Origin: Heptranchias perlo
Lineage: Eukaryota
Length of the DNA: 64,000 nucleotides
Assembly: GCF_035084215.1 (NCBI RefSeq)
Contig: NC_090370.1
Span: forward strand, 992,001 to 1,056,000
Direction: 5' to 3'
The position numbers were made by a program, and so were the translations under genes. The notes under the pieces are model-generated. The model searched no databases and had not been told where the DNA came from. It saw nothing but the letters and a program-made list of their open reading frames with translations. Of the stretch, positions 50,204 to 62,035 are shown in pieces. The number at the start of each line of letters is the position of its first letter. Within the stretch, counting starts at the first letter, position 1.

Positions 50204-51337
50204 ATGGACCTCAACGCGACCTACGGTAACGCCAGCTGCCACCCAGCGGTGATTAATTACCGCTATTTCGGAGCGCTGCTGGGGATCCTGGTCACCGTCG
50301 TTGGGACCGCAGGCAACGTCATGACCATCCTGGCCTTCGCCACGGAGAAGAAACTGCGGACGAGGTTTAACCTCCTCATCCTGAACCTGACGTTCTCTGA
50401 CCTCCTCTACTGCGCCTTCCTGCAGCCCGTGACGGTCGACACCTTCATGCACTTCACCTGGAGGCACGGCGAGACCATGTGCCGGGTTTTTGGGTTCCTC
50501 CTTTTCGTGGCCAACGCGGTCTCCATCTTCAACCTGGTCCTCATCGCCATGAGCCGCTACGTGCTGATCTCTGACCCCCAGATGTTCGACCGGCTTTACT
50601 CCAGGCGGACCATGCCCTTCTTCATGGCCGGCCCCTGGGCCTTGGGCGCGTCGCTCTTCGGGCCCCTCTGGAGCATCTACGTCTTCCTCCCCGCCGTCTG
50701 CACCTGCAGCTTCCACCGCGGCCGAGGGAGGCCGTACACCACCGTCCTCATGGCCTTCATGTTCGGGGTGGGCCTGAGCTGCATTGGAGTCTTCTACTTT
50801 CTCATTGACAGGAAGGTCAAGGCCGCCTCCAAAGCCCTGGAGCAGCATCGGCTGCAGCACGAGGCCAGCAGGAGGCGGAGAGCCAGGAGGCCCAAGCTGC
50901 CGGGCGAGCTCTCCGGCACGGACAGCGGCGTGGACTCCCAGTCGGGGGTGACGGAGGAGACCAGCGTGGACCAGGAGGCTCCGGGCGGCCAGCGCCCGGC
51001 CCCAGGGGCGGCGGAGAAAGATCAGGCGCCCGGGGCCTGCCCCCAGGCCAAGAAGAGCAGCAACAGCGAGTTCAAGAGGGTGACGCGCATGTGCTTTGCC
51101 ATGTTCCTGGTCTACCTGATCTGTTACTTCCCCTTCTGCGTCCTGCACGTGGCGGACGGGCGGAAGAGGGCCCCAATCCTGCTCCACATGGTGGCCGGGA
51201 ACTTCACCTGGTTTAACAGTTGCGTCAATCCCATCCTCTACGCTGTGATGAATCGCCAGTTCAAGGAGGCCTACCTGGGCGTGATCTGGAAAGGCGGCCG
51301 GCTCTTCAGGCGCATCGCCCGCCTGGGGAGGGAGTAG
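50204..51337 (+). CDS. GPR84: GPR84-like medium-chain fatty acid receptor (copy B), 377 aa, intronless CDS
   Basis: ATG at 50204 (MDLNATYGNASCH); KLRTRFNLLILNLTFSDLLYC, SRY, VCTCSFHRGRGRPYTT, SEFKRVTRMCFAMF, HMVAGNFTWFNSCVNPILYAVMNRQF; intact ORF ending TAG. Confidence 0.95.
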   Translation: MDLNATYGNASCHPAVINYRYFGALLGILVTVVGTAGNVMTILAFATEKKLRTRFNLLILNLTFSDLLYCAFLQPVTVDTFMHFTWRHGETMCRVFGFLLFVANAVSIFNLVLIAMSRYVLISDPQMFDRLYSRRTMPFFMAGPWALGASLFGPLWSIYVFLPAVCTCSFHRGRGRPYTTVLMAFMFGVGLSCIGVFYFLIDRKVKAASKALEQHRLQHEASRRRRARRPKLPGELSGTDSGVDSQSGVTEETSVDQEAPGGQRPAPGAAEKDQAPGACPQAKKSSNSEFKRVTRMCFAMFLVYLICYFPFCVLHVADGRKRAPILLHMVAGNFTWFNSCVNPILYAVMNRQFKEAYLGVIWKGGRLFRRIARLGRE

Positions 51338-51765
51338 GGAGCGTAAGGCCCCGCAGGCACCTGGCTCGACGCACCACTACGCTCTTTCGAACTGTCGGAC
51401 GTCTCGGAGTGAAGGGTCGGCCGGTCCCTTTAAGGGAGGCACAGGGTTGACCCTCCCCCCTTGACATCGCCACCCACCCGCCCCCCGAAACTCCGGACAG
51501 TGTAAATCCGCACCGGTCGAGACAGTCGGCGCAAGCTGGACGTTTTCGGACATCAGTTTCGAACTGCAGAAGCGGCAGAGGCCGGAAACGTCAGCGAGCA
51601 GCGGTTTCAACGTCTGGCCCACGCAAACGAAAACACACCCCTCAACGACGCACCAGTCACGGCCGCGATTCGCACCCCGCTCGCGGACGGCTGCCTCGCC
51701 GTTTTTATGGAGGTCGCATGTACCGACTTTGCTTTGCTTTGCGCCGGCCTGTAGGAATCGCGTGG

Positions 51766-51771
51766 AATAAA
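51766..51771 (+). terminator. Probable polyadenylation signal of GPR84 copy B
   Basis: AATAAA ~430 nt after stop, followed by GTGTTGCTTTGTGTT and a T-run. Confidence 0.7.
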
Positions 51772-51996
51772 TCCACGTGTTGCTTTGTGTTCACGAGCTC
51801 CCCTGTTTTTTTTTAATTCATTAAACGATCGCTTTGATTAACGAAACTACCGTGCGGAGGGCGTCTTTCTTTGTCTGGACCACCGTCCCGGTCCACGGGT
51901 CTCTGGGAAAGACCCAAGTTTCCCGACGGAAGTCACGGAGAAGGCGGAGCCGGTCTGCCGTTTCCGAATCGAGGACTCTCCCTTCCTGGATACACG

Positions 51997-53750
51997 GAAC
52001 ATGGGAACACGGGGACATAGAAACATGGGAACACGGGGAACATAGAAACATGGGAACACAGGAACATAGAAACATGGGAACATAGGAACATAGAAACATG
52101 GGAACACGGGGAGATAGAAACATGGGAACACGGGGAACATAGAAACATGGGAACACGGGGAGATAGAAACATGGGAACACGGGGAACATAGAAACATGGG
52201 AACACGGGGAGATAGAAACATGGGAACACGGGGAACATAGAAACATGGGAACATAGGAACATAGAAACATGGGAACATAGGAACATAGAAACATGGGAAC
52301 ATAGGAACATAGAAACATGGGAACATAGGAACATAGAAACATGGGAACATAGGAACATAGAAACATGGGAACATAGGGAACATAGAAACATGGGAACATA
52401 GGAACATAGAAACATGGGAACATAGGAACATAGAAACATGGGAACATAGGAACATAGAAACATGGGAACATAGGAACATAGAAACATGGGAACATAGGAA
52501 CATAGAAACATGGGAACACAGGGAACATAGAAACATGGGAACATAGGAACATAGAAACATGGGAACATAGGAACATAGAAACATGGGAACATAGGAACAT
52601 AGAAACATGGGAACACAGGGAACATAGAAACATGGGAACATAGGAACATAGAAACATGGGAACATAGGACATAGAAACATGGGAACATAGGAACATAGAA
52701 ACATAGAAACATGGGAACATAGGAACATAGAAACATGGGAACATAGGAACATAGAAACATGGGAACACAGGGAACATAGAAACATGGGAACATAGGAACA
52801 TAGAAACATGGGAACATAGGAACATAGAAACATGGGAACACAGGGAACATAGAAACATGGGAACATAGGAACATAGGAACATAGAAACATGGGAACATAG
52901 GAACATAGAAACATGGGAACATGGTAACACAGGGACATAGAAACATGGGAACACAGGAACATAGAAACATGGGAACATAGGAACATAGAAACATGGGAAC
53001 ATAGGAACATAGAAACATGGGAACACAGGGAACATAGAAACATGGGAACATAGGAACATAGAAACATGGGAACATAGGAACATAGAAACATGGGAACACA
53101 GGAACATAGAAACATGGGAACACGGGGACATAGAAACATGGGAACACAGGGACACAGGAACATGGGAACACAGGGACATATAAACATGGGAACACAGGGA
53201 CACAGGAACATGGGAACACAGGGACATAGAAACATGGGAACACAGGGACATAGAAACATGGGAACACAGGAACATAGGAACATGGGAACATAGGAACATA
53301 GAAACATGGGAACATAGAAACATGGGAACACAGGGACATAGAAACATGGGAACACGGGGACATAGAAACATGGGAACATAGGAACATAGAAACATGGGAA
53401 CATAGGAACATAGAAACATGGGAACATAGGAACATAGAAACATGGGAACACAGGAACATAGAAACATGGGAACACGGGGACATAGAAACATGGGAACACA
53501 GGGACACAGGAACATGGGAACACAGGGACATATAAACATGGGAACACAGGGACACAGGAACATGGGAACACAGGGACATAGAAACATGGGAACACAGGGA
53601 CATAGAAACATGGGAACACAGGAACATAGAAACATGGGAACACAGGGACATAGAAACATGGGAACACAGGAACATAGGAACATGGGAACATGGTAACACA
53701 GGAACATGGGAACATAGGAACATAGAGACACAGGAATGTAGGAACACAGG
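51997..53750 (-). repeat. 1.75-kb octamer-based array (ATGTTCCT/ATGTTCCC/ATGTTTCT), expanded CR1 3' microsatellite tail
   Basis: Directly abuts the CR1 tail motif GGCCTCCTCCTGTTCCT (minus) at ~53750; 24-bp periodicity of three octamer variants. Confidence 0.9.
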
Positions 53751-54250
53751 AACAGGAGGAGGCCATTCAGCCCCTCGAGCCTGTTCCGCCATTCAATTAG
53801 ATCATGGTTGATCTGTATCTTAACCCCATTTACCCTCCTCTGCTCCGTGTCCCTCGATACCCAACAAAAATCTATCGATCTCAGTCTTAAAATTTCCAAT
53901 TGACCCCCAGCCTCAACAGCTTTTTTTGGGGGAGAGAGTTCCAGATTCCCACTCCCCCTTTGTGTGAAGAAGTGCTTCCCGACATCACCCCTGAACGGCC
54001 CGGCTCTGATTTTAAGGTTCTGCCCCCCCCCTTGTTCTGGACTCCCCCCACCAGAGGAAATAGTTTCTCTCTATCGACCCTATCGAGTCCATTAATCATC
54101 TCAAACCCCTCGATGAGATCATCCCTTAATCTTCTACACTCGAGGGAACACAAGCCCAGTCTGTGCAACCTGTCCTCGGAATTTAACCCCTTTTAGCCCC
54201 CACCCCGGGTATCGTTCTGGTGAATCTGCTCTGCGCCCCCTCCGAGGCCT
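53751..54250 (-). mobile_element. CR1 3' fragment (same subfamily as 5931-6830 and 32719-33408)
   Basis: SLECRRLRDDLIEGFEMINGLDRVDREKLFP...IWNSLP. Confidence 0.85.
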
Positions 54251-54534
54251 CCTGAGGGGCCGTAACCCTCTCTGCAACTCCTTCCAGTGACCCATGTGTT
54301 AATTCAAGATACTTTCATGGAAAATAAGTGCGGCAAAACATAACATTGCCGCAGAGTCCTCCGGATTTTATTTATTCGTAACTCAGAGCAGGACGTTTTG
54401 TTAGGAGGGGAGGGGCATCGAGAGGGGCAGGGGGAGGGGGGAGGAGGAGGGGAGCGACTCTGGGGAGGAGGGAAGCTGGCTTCAGGAAATGAAACCAATC
54501 GAAACCTGGCCATTGCGCCATGAAGCATAAAGAA

Positions 54535-54740
54535 AGAACAAACTTGCATTTATTTATAGTCTTGGCACATCCCAAAGTGATTCACAGCACTGAAGCACTG
54601 TTTTTTTTGAAGTGCGGTCACTGTTGTAATGTGGGGGAAACGCGGCAGACAATCTGCGCACAGCAAGATCCCACAAACAGCGATGCGATAAATGACCCAG
54701 ATCATCTGTTTTGTTTTTAAGTGACGTTGGTTGAGGGATT
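54535..54740 (-). mobile_element. 3' part of SacSINE1-like SINE
   Basis: GCGCACAGCAAGATCCCACAAACAGC...GTTGGTTGAGGGAT as in the other copies. Confidence 0.7.
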
Positions 54741-54754
54741 AATATTACATGGGA

Positions 54755-55970
54755 TTGTACAGCACAGAAACAGGCCGTTCGGCCCGTCTGGTCCGTGCTG
54801 GCCTTTATGCTCCACACGAGCCTGCTCCCTCCCTACTCCATCTCCCCCTATCACCATATCCTTCTATTCCTTTCTCCCTCATGTGTTTATCCGGCTTCCC
54901 CTTAAATCCATCTCCGCTATTCCCCTCGACCACTCCATGTGGGAGCGAGTTCCACATTCTCACCGCTCTCCGGGTGAAGAAGTTTCTCCTGAATTCCCGA
55001 TTGGATTTATTAGTGACTATCTTATATTTATGGCCCCCCTAGTTCTGGTCTCCCCCCACAAGTGGAGACATCTTCTCTACGTCTACCCCATCGAACCCTT
55101 TCATAATCTTTAAGACCTCTATCAGGTCACCCTTCAGCCTTCTCTTTTCTAGAGAAAAGACCCCCAGCCTGTTCAGCCTTTCCTGATAGTTATATCCTCT
55201 CAGTTCTGGTATCATCCCAGTAAATCTTTTTTGCACCTTCTCCAGTGCCTCTGTAACATTTTTGTAATATGGAGACCAGAAGTGTGCACAGTGCTCCAAG
55301 TGTGGTCTAACCAAGGTATATGGAGACCAGAACTGTGCACAGTGCTCCAAGTGTGGTCTAACCAGGGTATATGGAGACCAGAACTGTGCACAGTGCTCCA
55401 AGTGTGGTCTAACCAAGGTATATGGAGACCAGAACTGTGCACAGTGCTCCAAGTGTGGTCTAACCCAGGTATATGGAGACCAGAACTGTGCACAGTGCTC
55501 CAAGTGTGGTCTAACCAGGGTATATGGAGACCAGAACTGTGCACAGTGCTCCAAGTGTGGTCTAACCCAGGTATATGGAGACCAGAACTGTGCACAGTGC
55601 TCCAAGTGTGGTCTAACCAGGGTATATGGAGACCAGAACTGTGCACAGTGCTCCAAGTGGGGTCTAACCAAGGTACATGGAGACCAGAACTGTGCACAGT
55701 GCTCCAAGTGTGGCCTAACCAAGGTATATGGAGACCAGAACTGTGCACAGTGCTCCAAGTTTAACACAACTTCTCTGTTTTTGAATTCTATCCCTCTAGA
55801 AATGACCCCCAGTGTTTGATTTTTTACGTCCTTATTAACCTGCGTCGTTACTTTTCGTGATTTGAGTATCTGTACCCCCAGATCCCTCTGCCCCCCTACC
55901 CCCATTTAGACTCTTATCAGTCAAGGATTATTGTGGTCTCCTTATTCCTCCTGCCATAATGTGTCACCTC
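54755..55970 (-). mobile_element. CR1-derived element with in-frame 51-bp array (~55267-55759, ~10 copies)
   Basis: ORF 55039-55905 reads through the repeats in the ORF2 frame; tail GGCCTGTTTCTGTGCTGTA at ~54757. Confidence 0.9.
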
Positions 55971-56199
55971 GCACTCGTACGAACTTCATAAAAATGTGCG
56001 TCTTGCGGGAAGTACCTCGTGGCGCAATAAGTGTTCGGCAAATGGGAAACGTGATGAAGCCACTGCTGTATTTTTAAACACCCAGGCTGGGGAGGGCAGT
56101 GCGAATTCTTGCAGCGAGTCTGATGAGGCTCATTCGAGGTCAGATAGCAAACGCAGAAGTGAAACCTCGCTGGTGGGATCGTAGAACCTTTTGGCACAG

Positions 56200-56580
56200 A
56201 AGGAGGCCAGAGCTGTCCAATTAATCCCACTACTCCCCCCGTCCCTGCCCCACCCCCCGCTCTTTCCCCGTAGCCCTGTGAATTTTTCCCCTTCGAGTAT
56301 TTCTCCGATTCCCCCTTTTGAAAGTTACTATTGAATCTGCTCCCACCGCCCCTTTCAGGCAGCGCGTTCCAGATCGTCACAACTCGCTGCGTAAAAAAAA
56401 ACATTCTCCTCATCTCCCCCCCCTCTCTGGTTCTTTCCCCGATTATCTTAAATCCGTGTCCTCTGGTTACCGACCCTCCCGCCACTCGAAACGGTTTCTC
56501 CCCATCGACTCTGATCAAAACCCCTCCTAATTTTGATCACCTCTATTAAATCTCCCCCTTAACCTTCTCTGCCCTGAGGT
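56200..56580 (-). mobile_element. CR1 3' fragment
   Basis: TRGHGFKI...MRRMFFFTQRVVTIWNALPE. Confidence 0.8.
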
Positions 56581-56599
56581 AAACAATCTGTTCTATCTA

Positions 56600-56968
56600 G
56601 ATTGAACGGGCTGGGGTCTTTTCTCTAGAAAAGAGAAGGCTGAGGGGTGACCCTGATCGAGGTCTTTCAGATTATGAAGGGGTTCGATAGGGTAGACGTA
56701 GAGAAGATGTCTCCACTTGTTGGGGAGACCAGAACTAGGGGGCCATAAATATAAGAGAGTCACTAATAAATCCCATAGGGAATTCAGGAGAAACTTCTTT
56801 ACCCAGAGAGCGGTGAGAATGTGGAACTCGCTCCCACACGGAGTGGTCGAGGGGAATAGCGGAGATGGATTTAAGGGGAAGCTGGATAAACACATGAGGG
56901 AGAAAGGAATAGAAGGATATGGTGATAGGGTGAGATGAAGTAGGGAGGGAGGAGGCTCGTGTGGAGCA
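56600..56968 (+). mobile_element. CR1 3' fragment
   Basis: GHKYK...EFRRNFFTQRAVRMWNSLP; similar to 31945-32300. Confidence 0.8.
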
Positions 56969-57309
56969 TAAGAACATAAGAAATAGGAGCAGGAGTAGGC
57001 CATTCGGCCCCTCGAGCCTGCTCCGCCATTCAATCGGATCATGGCTGATCTTCGACCTCAACTCCACTTTCCCGCCCGATCCCCGTATCCCTCGATTCCC
57101 CCAGAGTCCAAAAATCCATCGCTCTCAGTCTTGAATATATTCAACGACTCAGCATCCACAGCCCTCTGGGGTAGAGAATTCCAAAGATTCACAACCCTCT
57201 GAGTGAAGAAATTCCTCCTCATCTCAGTCCTAAATGGCCGACCCCTTATCCTGAGACTATGACCCCCAGTTCTGGACTCTCCAGCCAGGGGGAAACAGCC
57301 TCTCAGCAT

Positions 57310-58635
57310 CTACCCTGTCAAGCCCCCCCTCAGAATCTTACATGTTTCAATGAGATCCCCTCTCATTCTTCTAAACTCCAGAGAGTATCGGCCCATTCTA
57401 CTCAATCTCTCCTCATAGGACAACCCTCTCATCCCAGGAATCAATCTAGTGAACCTTCGTTGCACCGCCTCTAAGGCGAGTCTATCCTTCCTTAGATAAG
57501 GAGACCAAAACTGTACACAGTACTCCAGGTGAGGTCTCACCAGAGCCCTGTACAATTGTAGTAAGACTTCCTTACTCTTGTACTCCAATCCCCCCCTTGC
57601 AATAAAGGCCTTCCTAATTGCCTGCTGTACCTGCATGCTAACTTTGTGTGTTTCTTGTACCAGGACATCCAAATCCCTCTGAACACCAACAATTAATAGT
57701 TTCTCACCATTTAAAAAATATTCTGCTTTTCTATTCTTCCTACCAAAGTGAATAACCTCACATTTCCCCACATTATACTCCATCTGCCACCTTCTCGCCC
57801 ACTCACTTAACCTGTCGATATCCCTTTGCAGACTCTTTGTGTCCTTCTCACAGCTTACTTTCCCACCTAGCTTTGTATCGTCAGCAAACTTGGATAAATT
57901 ACACTCGGTCCCTTCGTCCAAGTCATTAATATAGATTGTAAATAGCTGAGGCCCGAGCACTGATCCCTGCAGTACCCCACTAGTTACAGCCTGCCAACCT
58001 GAGAATGACCTGTTTATCCCTGCTCTCTGTTTTCTGTCCATTAACCAATCCTCTATCCATGCTAGTATATTAACCCTAACCCCATGAGCCCTGATCTTGT
58101 GTAATAACCTTTTATGTGGCACCTTATCGAATGCCTTTTGAAAATCCAAATATACTCCATCCACTGGTTCCCCTTTATCCACCCTGCTAGTTACATCCTC
58201 AAAAAACCCTAATAGATTAGTCAAACACGATTTCCCTTTCATAAAACCACATTGACACTGCCTAATCATATTATGATTTTCTAAGTGCCCTGTTACCACT
58301 TCCTTAATAATGGATTCCAGTATTTTCCCGACGACTGATGTCAGGCCAACTGGCCTGTAGTTCCCTGTTTTCTCTCTCCCTCCTTTCTTGAATAGTGGGA
58401 TTACATTTTCTACCTTCCAATCCACTGGGACTGTTCCAGAATCTAGGGAATCTTGGAAGATCACAACCAATGCATCCACTGTCTCTGCAGCCTCCAGTTT
58501 TAGAACCCTCGGATGTCGGCCATCAGGTCCGGGGGATTTATCGGCTTTTAGTCCCATTAGTTTGTCCAGTACTTTATCTCTACTGATATTAATTACTTTA
58601 AGTTCCTCACTCTCATTAGACCCTTGGTTCCCCAC
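57310..58635 (-). pseudogene. CR1 ORF2 reverse transcriptase domain (disrupted element)
   Basis: KSPGPDG, GNYRPVGLTS, QCGFMKGKSCLTNL, YLDFQKAFDKVPH, GVLQGSVLGPQLF, KFADD; frameshifts on both sides. Confidence 0.9.
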
Positions 58636-58822
58636 TATTTCTGGTATGTTTTTTTTGTGTCTTCTGCTGTGAAGACAGATACAAAATATTTGTTCAACGC
58701 ATCTGCCATTTCCTGATTCCCCATTATAATTTCTCCTCTCTCAGCCTCTACGGGACCAATGTTTACTTTTGCTACTCTCTTCCTTGTTACTTACTTGTAG
58801 AAGCTCTTACAATCCGTTTTTA

Positions 58823-60160
58823 GAAGAACATAAAAACATAAGAAATAGGAGCAGGAGGAGGCCAATCGGCCCCTCGAGCCTGCTCCGCCATTCAATAAGA
58901 TCATGGCTGATCTGATCCTAACCTCAAATCCTAAATTCATGTCCAATTTCCTGCCTGCTCCCCGTAACCCCTAATTCCCTTTACTTCTAGGAAACTGTCT
59001 ATTTCTGTTTTAAATTTATTTAATGATGTAGCTTCCACAGCTTCCTGGGGCAGCAAATTCCACAGACCTACCACCCTCTGAGTGAAGAAGTTTCTCCTCA
59101 TCTCAGTTTTGAAAGAGCAGCCCCTTAAACTAGAAAGAGTGCAGAAAAGATTTACTAGGATGATACCGGGACTTGATGGTTTGACTTATAGGGAGAGGTT
59201 GGATAGACTGAGACTTTTTTCCCTGGAGAGTCGGAGGCTAAGGGGTGATCTTATAGAAGTCTATAAAATAATGAGGGGCATAGATAAGGTAGATAGTCAA
59301 AATCTTTTCCCAAAGGTAGGGGGGTCTATAACGAGGGGGCATAGATTTAAGGTGAGAGGGGAGAGATACAAAAGGGTCCAGAGGGGCAATTTTTTCACTC
59401 ATAGGGTGGTGAGTGTCTGGAACGAGCTGCCAGAGGCAGTAGTAGAGGCGGGTACAATTTTGTCTTTTAAAAAGCATTTGGACAGTTACATGGGTAAGAT
59501 GGGTATAGAGGGATATGGGCCAAGTGCAGGCAATTGGGACTAGCTTAGTGGTATAAACTGGGCGACATGGACATGTTGGGCCGAAGGGCCTGTTTCCATG
59601 TTGTAAACTTCTATGATTCTATGATTCTATTCTGAGATTACGCCCCCTAGTTCTAGTTTCACCCATCCTTGGGAACATCCTTACCGCATCCACCCGATCA
59701 AGCCCCTTCACAATCATATATGTTTCAATAAGATCGCCTCTCATTCTTCTGAACTCCAATGAGTAGAGTCCCAATCTACTCAACCTCTCCTCATACGTCC
59801 GCCCCCTCATCCCCGGGATTAACCGAGTGAACCTTCTTTGTACTGCCTCGAGAGCAAGTATGTCTTTTCTTAAGTACGGAGACCAAAACTGTATGCAGTA
59901 TTCCAGGTGCGGTCTCACCAATACCTTATATAACTGCAGCAATACCTCCCTGTTTTTATATTCTATCCCCCGAGCAATAAAAGCCAACATTCCGTTGGCC
60001 TTCTTGATCACCTGCTGCACCTGCAGACTAACTTTTTGATCTTCTTGCACTCGGACCCCCAGATCCCTTTGTACTGCAGTACTTTCCAGTTTCTCGCCAT
60101 TAAGATAATAACTTGCTCTCTGATTTTTCCTGCCAAAGTGCATAACCTCACATTTTCCAA
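58823..60160 (-). mobile_element. CR1 3' fragment inserted in the host CR1
   Basis: Own tail at ~58823-58900; ORF 59619-60143 (HFGRKN...LVRPHLEYCIQFWSP); split by a + strand CR1. Confidence 0.85.
59128..59630 (+). mobile_element. Young CR1 3' fragment (third nesting level)
   Basis: Uninterrupted LERVQKRFTRMIPGL...WNELPE...GIEGYG, tail (TTCTATGA)n; host CCCCTTA|TTCTGAGA rejoins across it. Confidence 0.85.
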
Positions 60161-60744
60161 TATTGTATTTCTTGCTAGTTTACTCTCGTATTCTATTTTC
60201 TCCCTTTTTATCAATTTTTTGGTCGTCCTTTGCTGGTTTCTGAACCGCTCCCAATCCTCGGGCTCACTGCTCTTCTTGGCAACATTATAAGCCTCTTCTT
60301 TTAATCTAATACTCACCTTAACTTCTTTAGTTAACCGCGGATGGATCGTTTCTCCCGTGGAGTTTTTATTTCTCAGTGGAATGTATATTGGTTGAGGATT
60401 CTGAAATATTTCTTTAAATGTTTGCCATTGTTTATCTACTGTCATACCTTTCAATTTAATTTCCCAATCTACCTTCGCCAACTCGTCCCTCATACCTATG
60501 TAATTGGCTTTATTTAAATTTAAGACTCTGGTTTCTGACATATGTACGTCACTCTCAAACTCAATGTGAAATTCTATCATATTATGATCGCTCTTCCCCA
60601 GAGGATCCTTTACTATGAGATTATCAATTAGCTTGTTCCCTGGTTGATTCCATGATGTATTGTTCCAGGAATCTGTCTCAAACGCTTTCCATGAGCTGGT
60701 CCTCCAGACTTGTTACAAGCTCCCGTTATTTCTTAACAGAAACG

Positions 60745-61597
60745 TGGAAAATAGGAGCAAGAGTAGGCCATTCGGCCCTTCGGGCCTGCTCCGCCATTCA
60801 AAATGATCATGGCTGATCGTCTGACTCAGGTGAGAGGGGAGAGATACAAAAGGATCCAGAGGGGCAATTTTTTCACTCAAAGGGTGGTGAGTGTCTGGAA
60901 CGAGCTGCCAGAGGCAGTAGTAGAGGCGGGTACAATTTTGTCTTTTAAAAAGCATTTGGACAGTTACATGGGGAAGATGGGTATCGAGGGATATGGGCCA
61001 AGTGCAGGCAATTGGGACTAGCTTAGTGGTATAAACTGGGCGACATGGACATGTTGGGCCGAAGGGCCTGTTTCCATGTTGTAACTTCTAGTACCCTGTT
61101 CCCGCTTTTTCCTCCATATCCCTTGATCCCTTTAGCATTAAGAAATATATCTATCTCCTTCTTGAATACATCTAATGACTTGGCCTCCACTGCCTTCTGT
61201 GGCAGAGAATTCCACAGGTTCACCACCCTCTGAGTGAAGAAATTTCTCCTCATCTCGGCTCTAAATGGTCGACCCCCGCCCCCCGTATCCTGAGACTGTG
61301 ACCCCTGGTTCTGGACTCCCCAGCCATCGGGAACATCCTCCCTGCGTCTAGTCTGTCTCGCCCTGTTAGAATTTTATATGTTTCGATGAGATCACCTCTC
61401 ATTCTTCTAAACTCTCGTGAATACAGGCCGAGTCGACCCAATCTCTCCTCATAGGTCAGTCCTGCCATTCCAAGAATCAGCCTGGTAAACCTTCGTTGCA
61501 CTCCCTCCATGGCAAGGACATCCCCCCTCAGATGAGGAGACCAAAACCGCACCCAATACTCCAGATGTGGTCTCAGCAAGGCCCTGTATAACTGCAT
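60745..61597 (-). mobile_element. CR1 3' fragment containing a + strand CR1 insert at ~60829-61090
   Basis: Tail at ~60745-60828, ORF2 end at 61091-61597; insert nearly identical to 59350-59612. Confidence 0.85.
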
Positions 61598-62035
61598 AAC
61601 TCCTTGATTAATACGCTGTCCAACGGTGTAGGGGGCCGATAACCTACTCCCACCTGCGTTTTCTACCCCTTGTCATTTCGTACCTCCACCCATGCTGAGT
61701 CCACCTCCCGATAAATGGCGGAGAGGGCCATTTAGGGCCGACTGGCCTATTTCTGTGCTGCTGAATTCAGTGTAATTCGAAGTCTGTCTTTCCTTTGTTT
61801 CCTGGGGTCTCACAACACGTAAGATGTCAGTTGTCAGAGGAGATGTGCTGACAGCAAGGGTTAGGTCGAGCTCAGATTGCAGTAACAAAAATAATCGCAA
61901 TTTACGAAACAGGATAGTGGTGAAAGTGTGTAGAGTTTTTTCCCCTTCCTGGAACAGAACCGATCAGGAGGCAGAAATGACTGCATCAGTTGTCACTCCC
62001 TGTTTCATTGGCACCTGAGCCCCAAACAAGCTCAA

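Larger units (their letters stand above)
56969..60630 (-). mobile_element. Long 5'-truncated CR1 LINE (host), interrupted at ~58822-60165 by nested insertions
   Basis: Tail at ~56969, RT domain 57310-58635, upstream ORF2 (DHNMIEF...KIEYESKLARN) resumes at ~60166 and joins KTDCKSFYK at ~58820. Confidence 0.9.

Noticed and set aside
50090-51187. 365-aa antisense ORF over GPR84-B
   Set aside because: Expected shadow of a high-GC3 CDS; no equivalent long ORF over copy A and no recognisable motifs.
51821-53899. Cys/Met/Pro-rich 600-700 aa ORFs
   Set aside because: Translation of an octamer tail array, open in all three frames.
57310-58635. Active or domesticated reverse transcriptase; FADD instead of YADD
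   Set aside because: FADD is normal for CR1; the element is 5'-truncated, frameshifted and interrupted.
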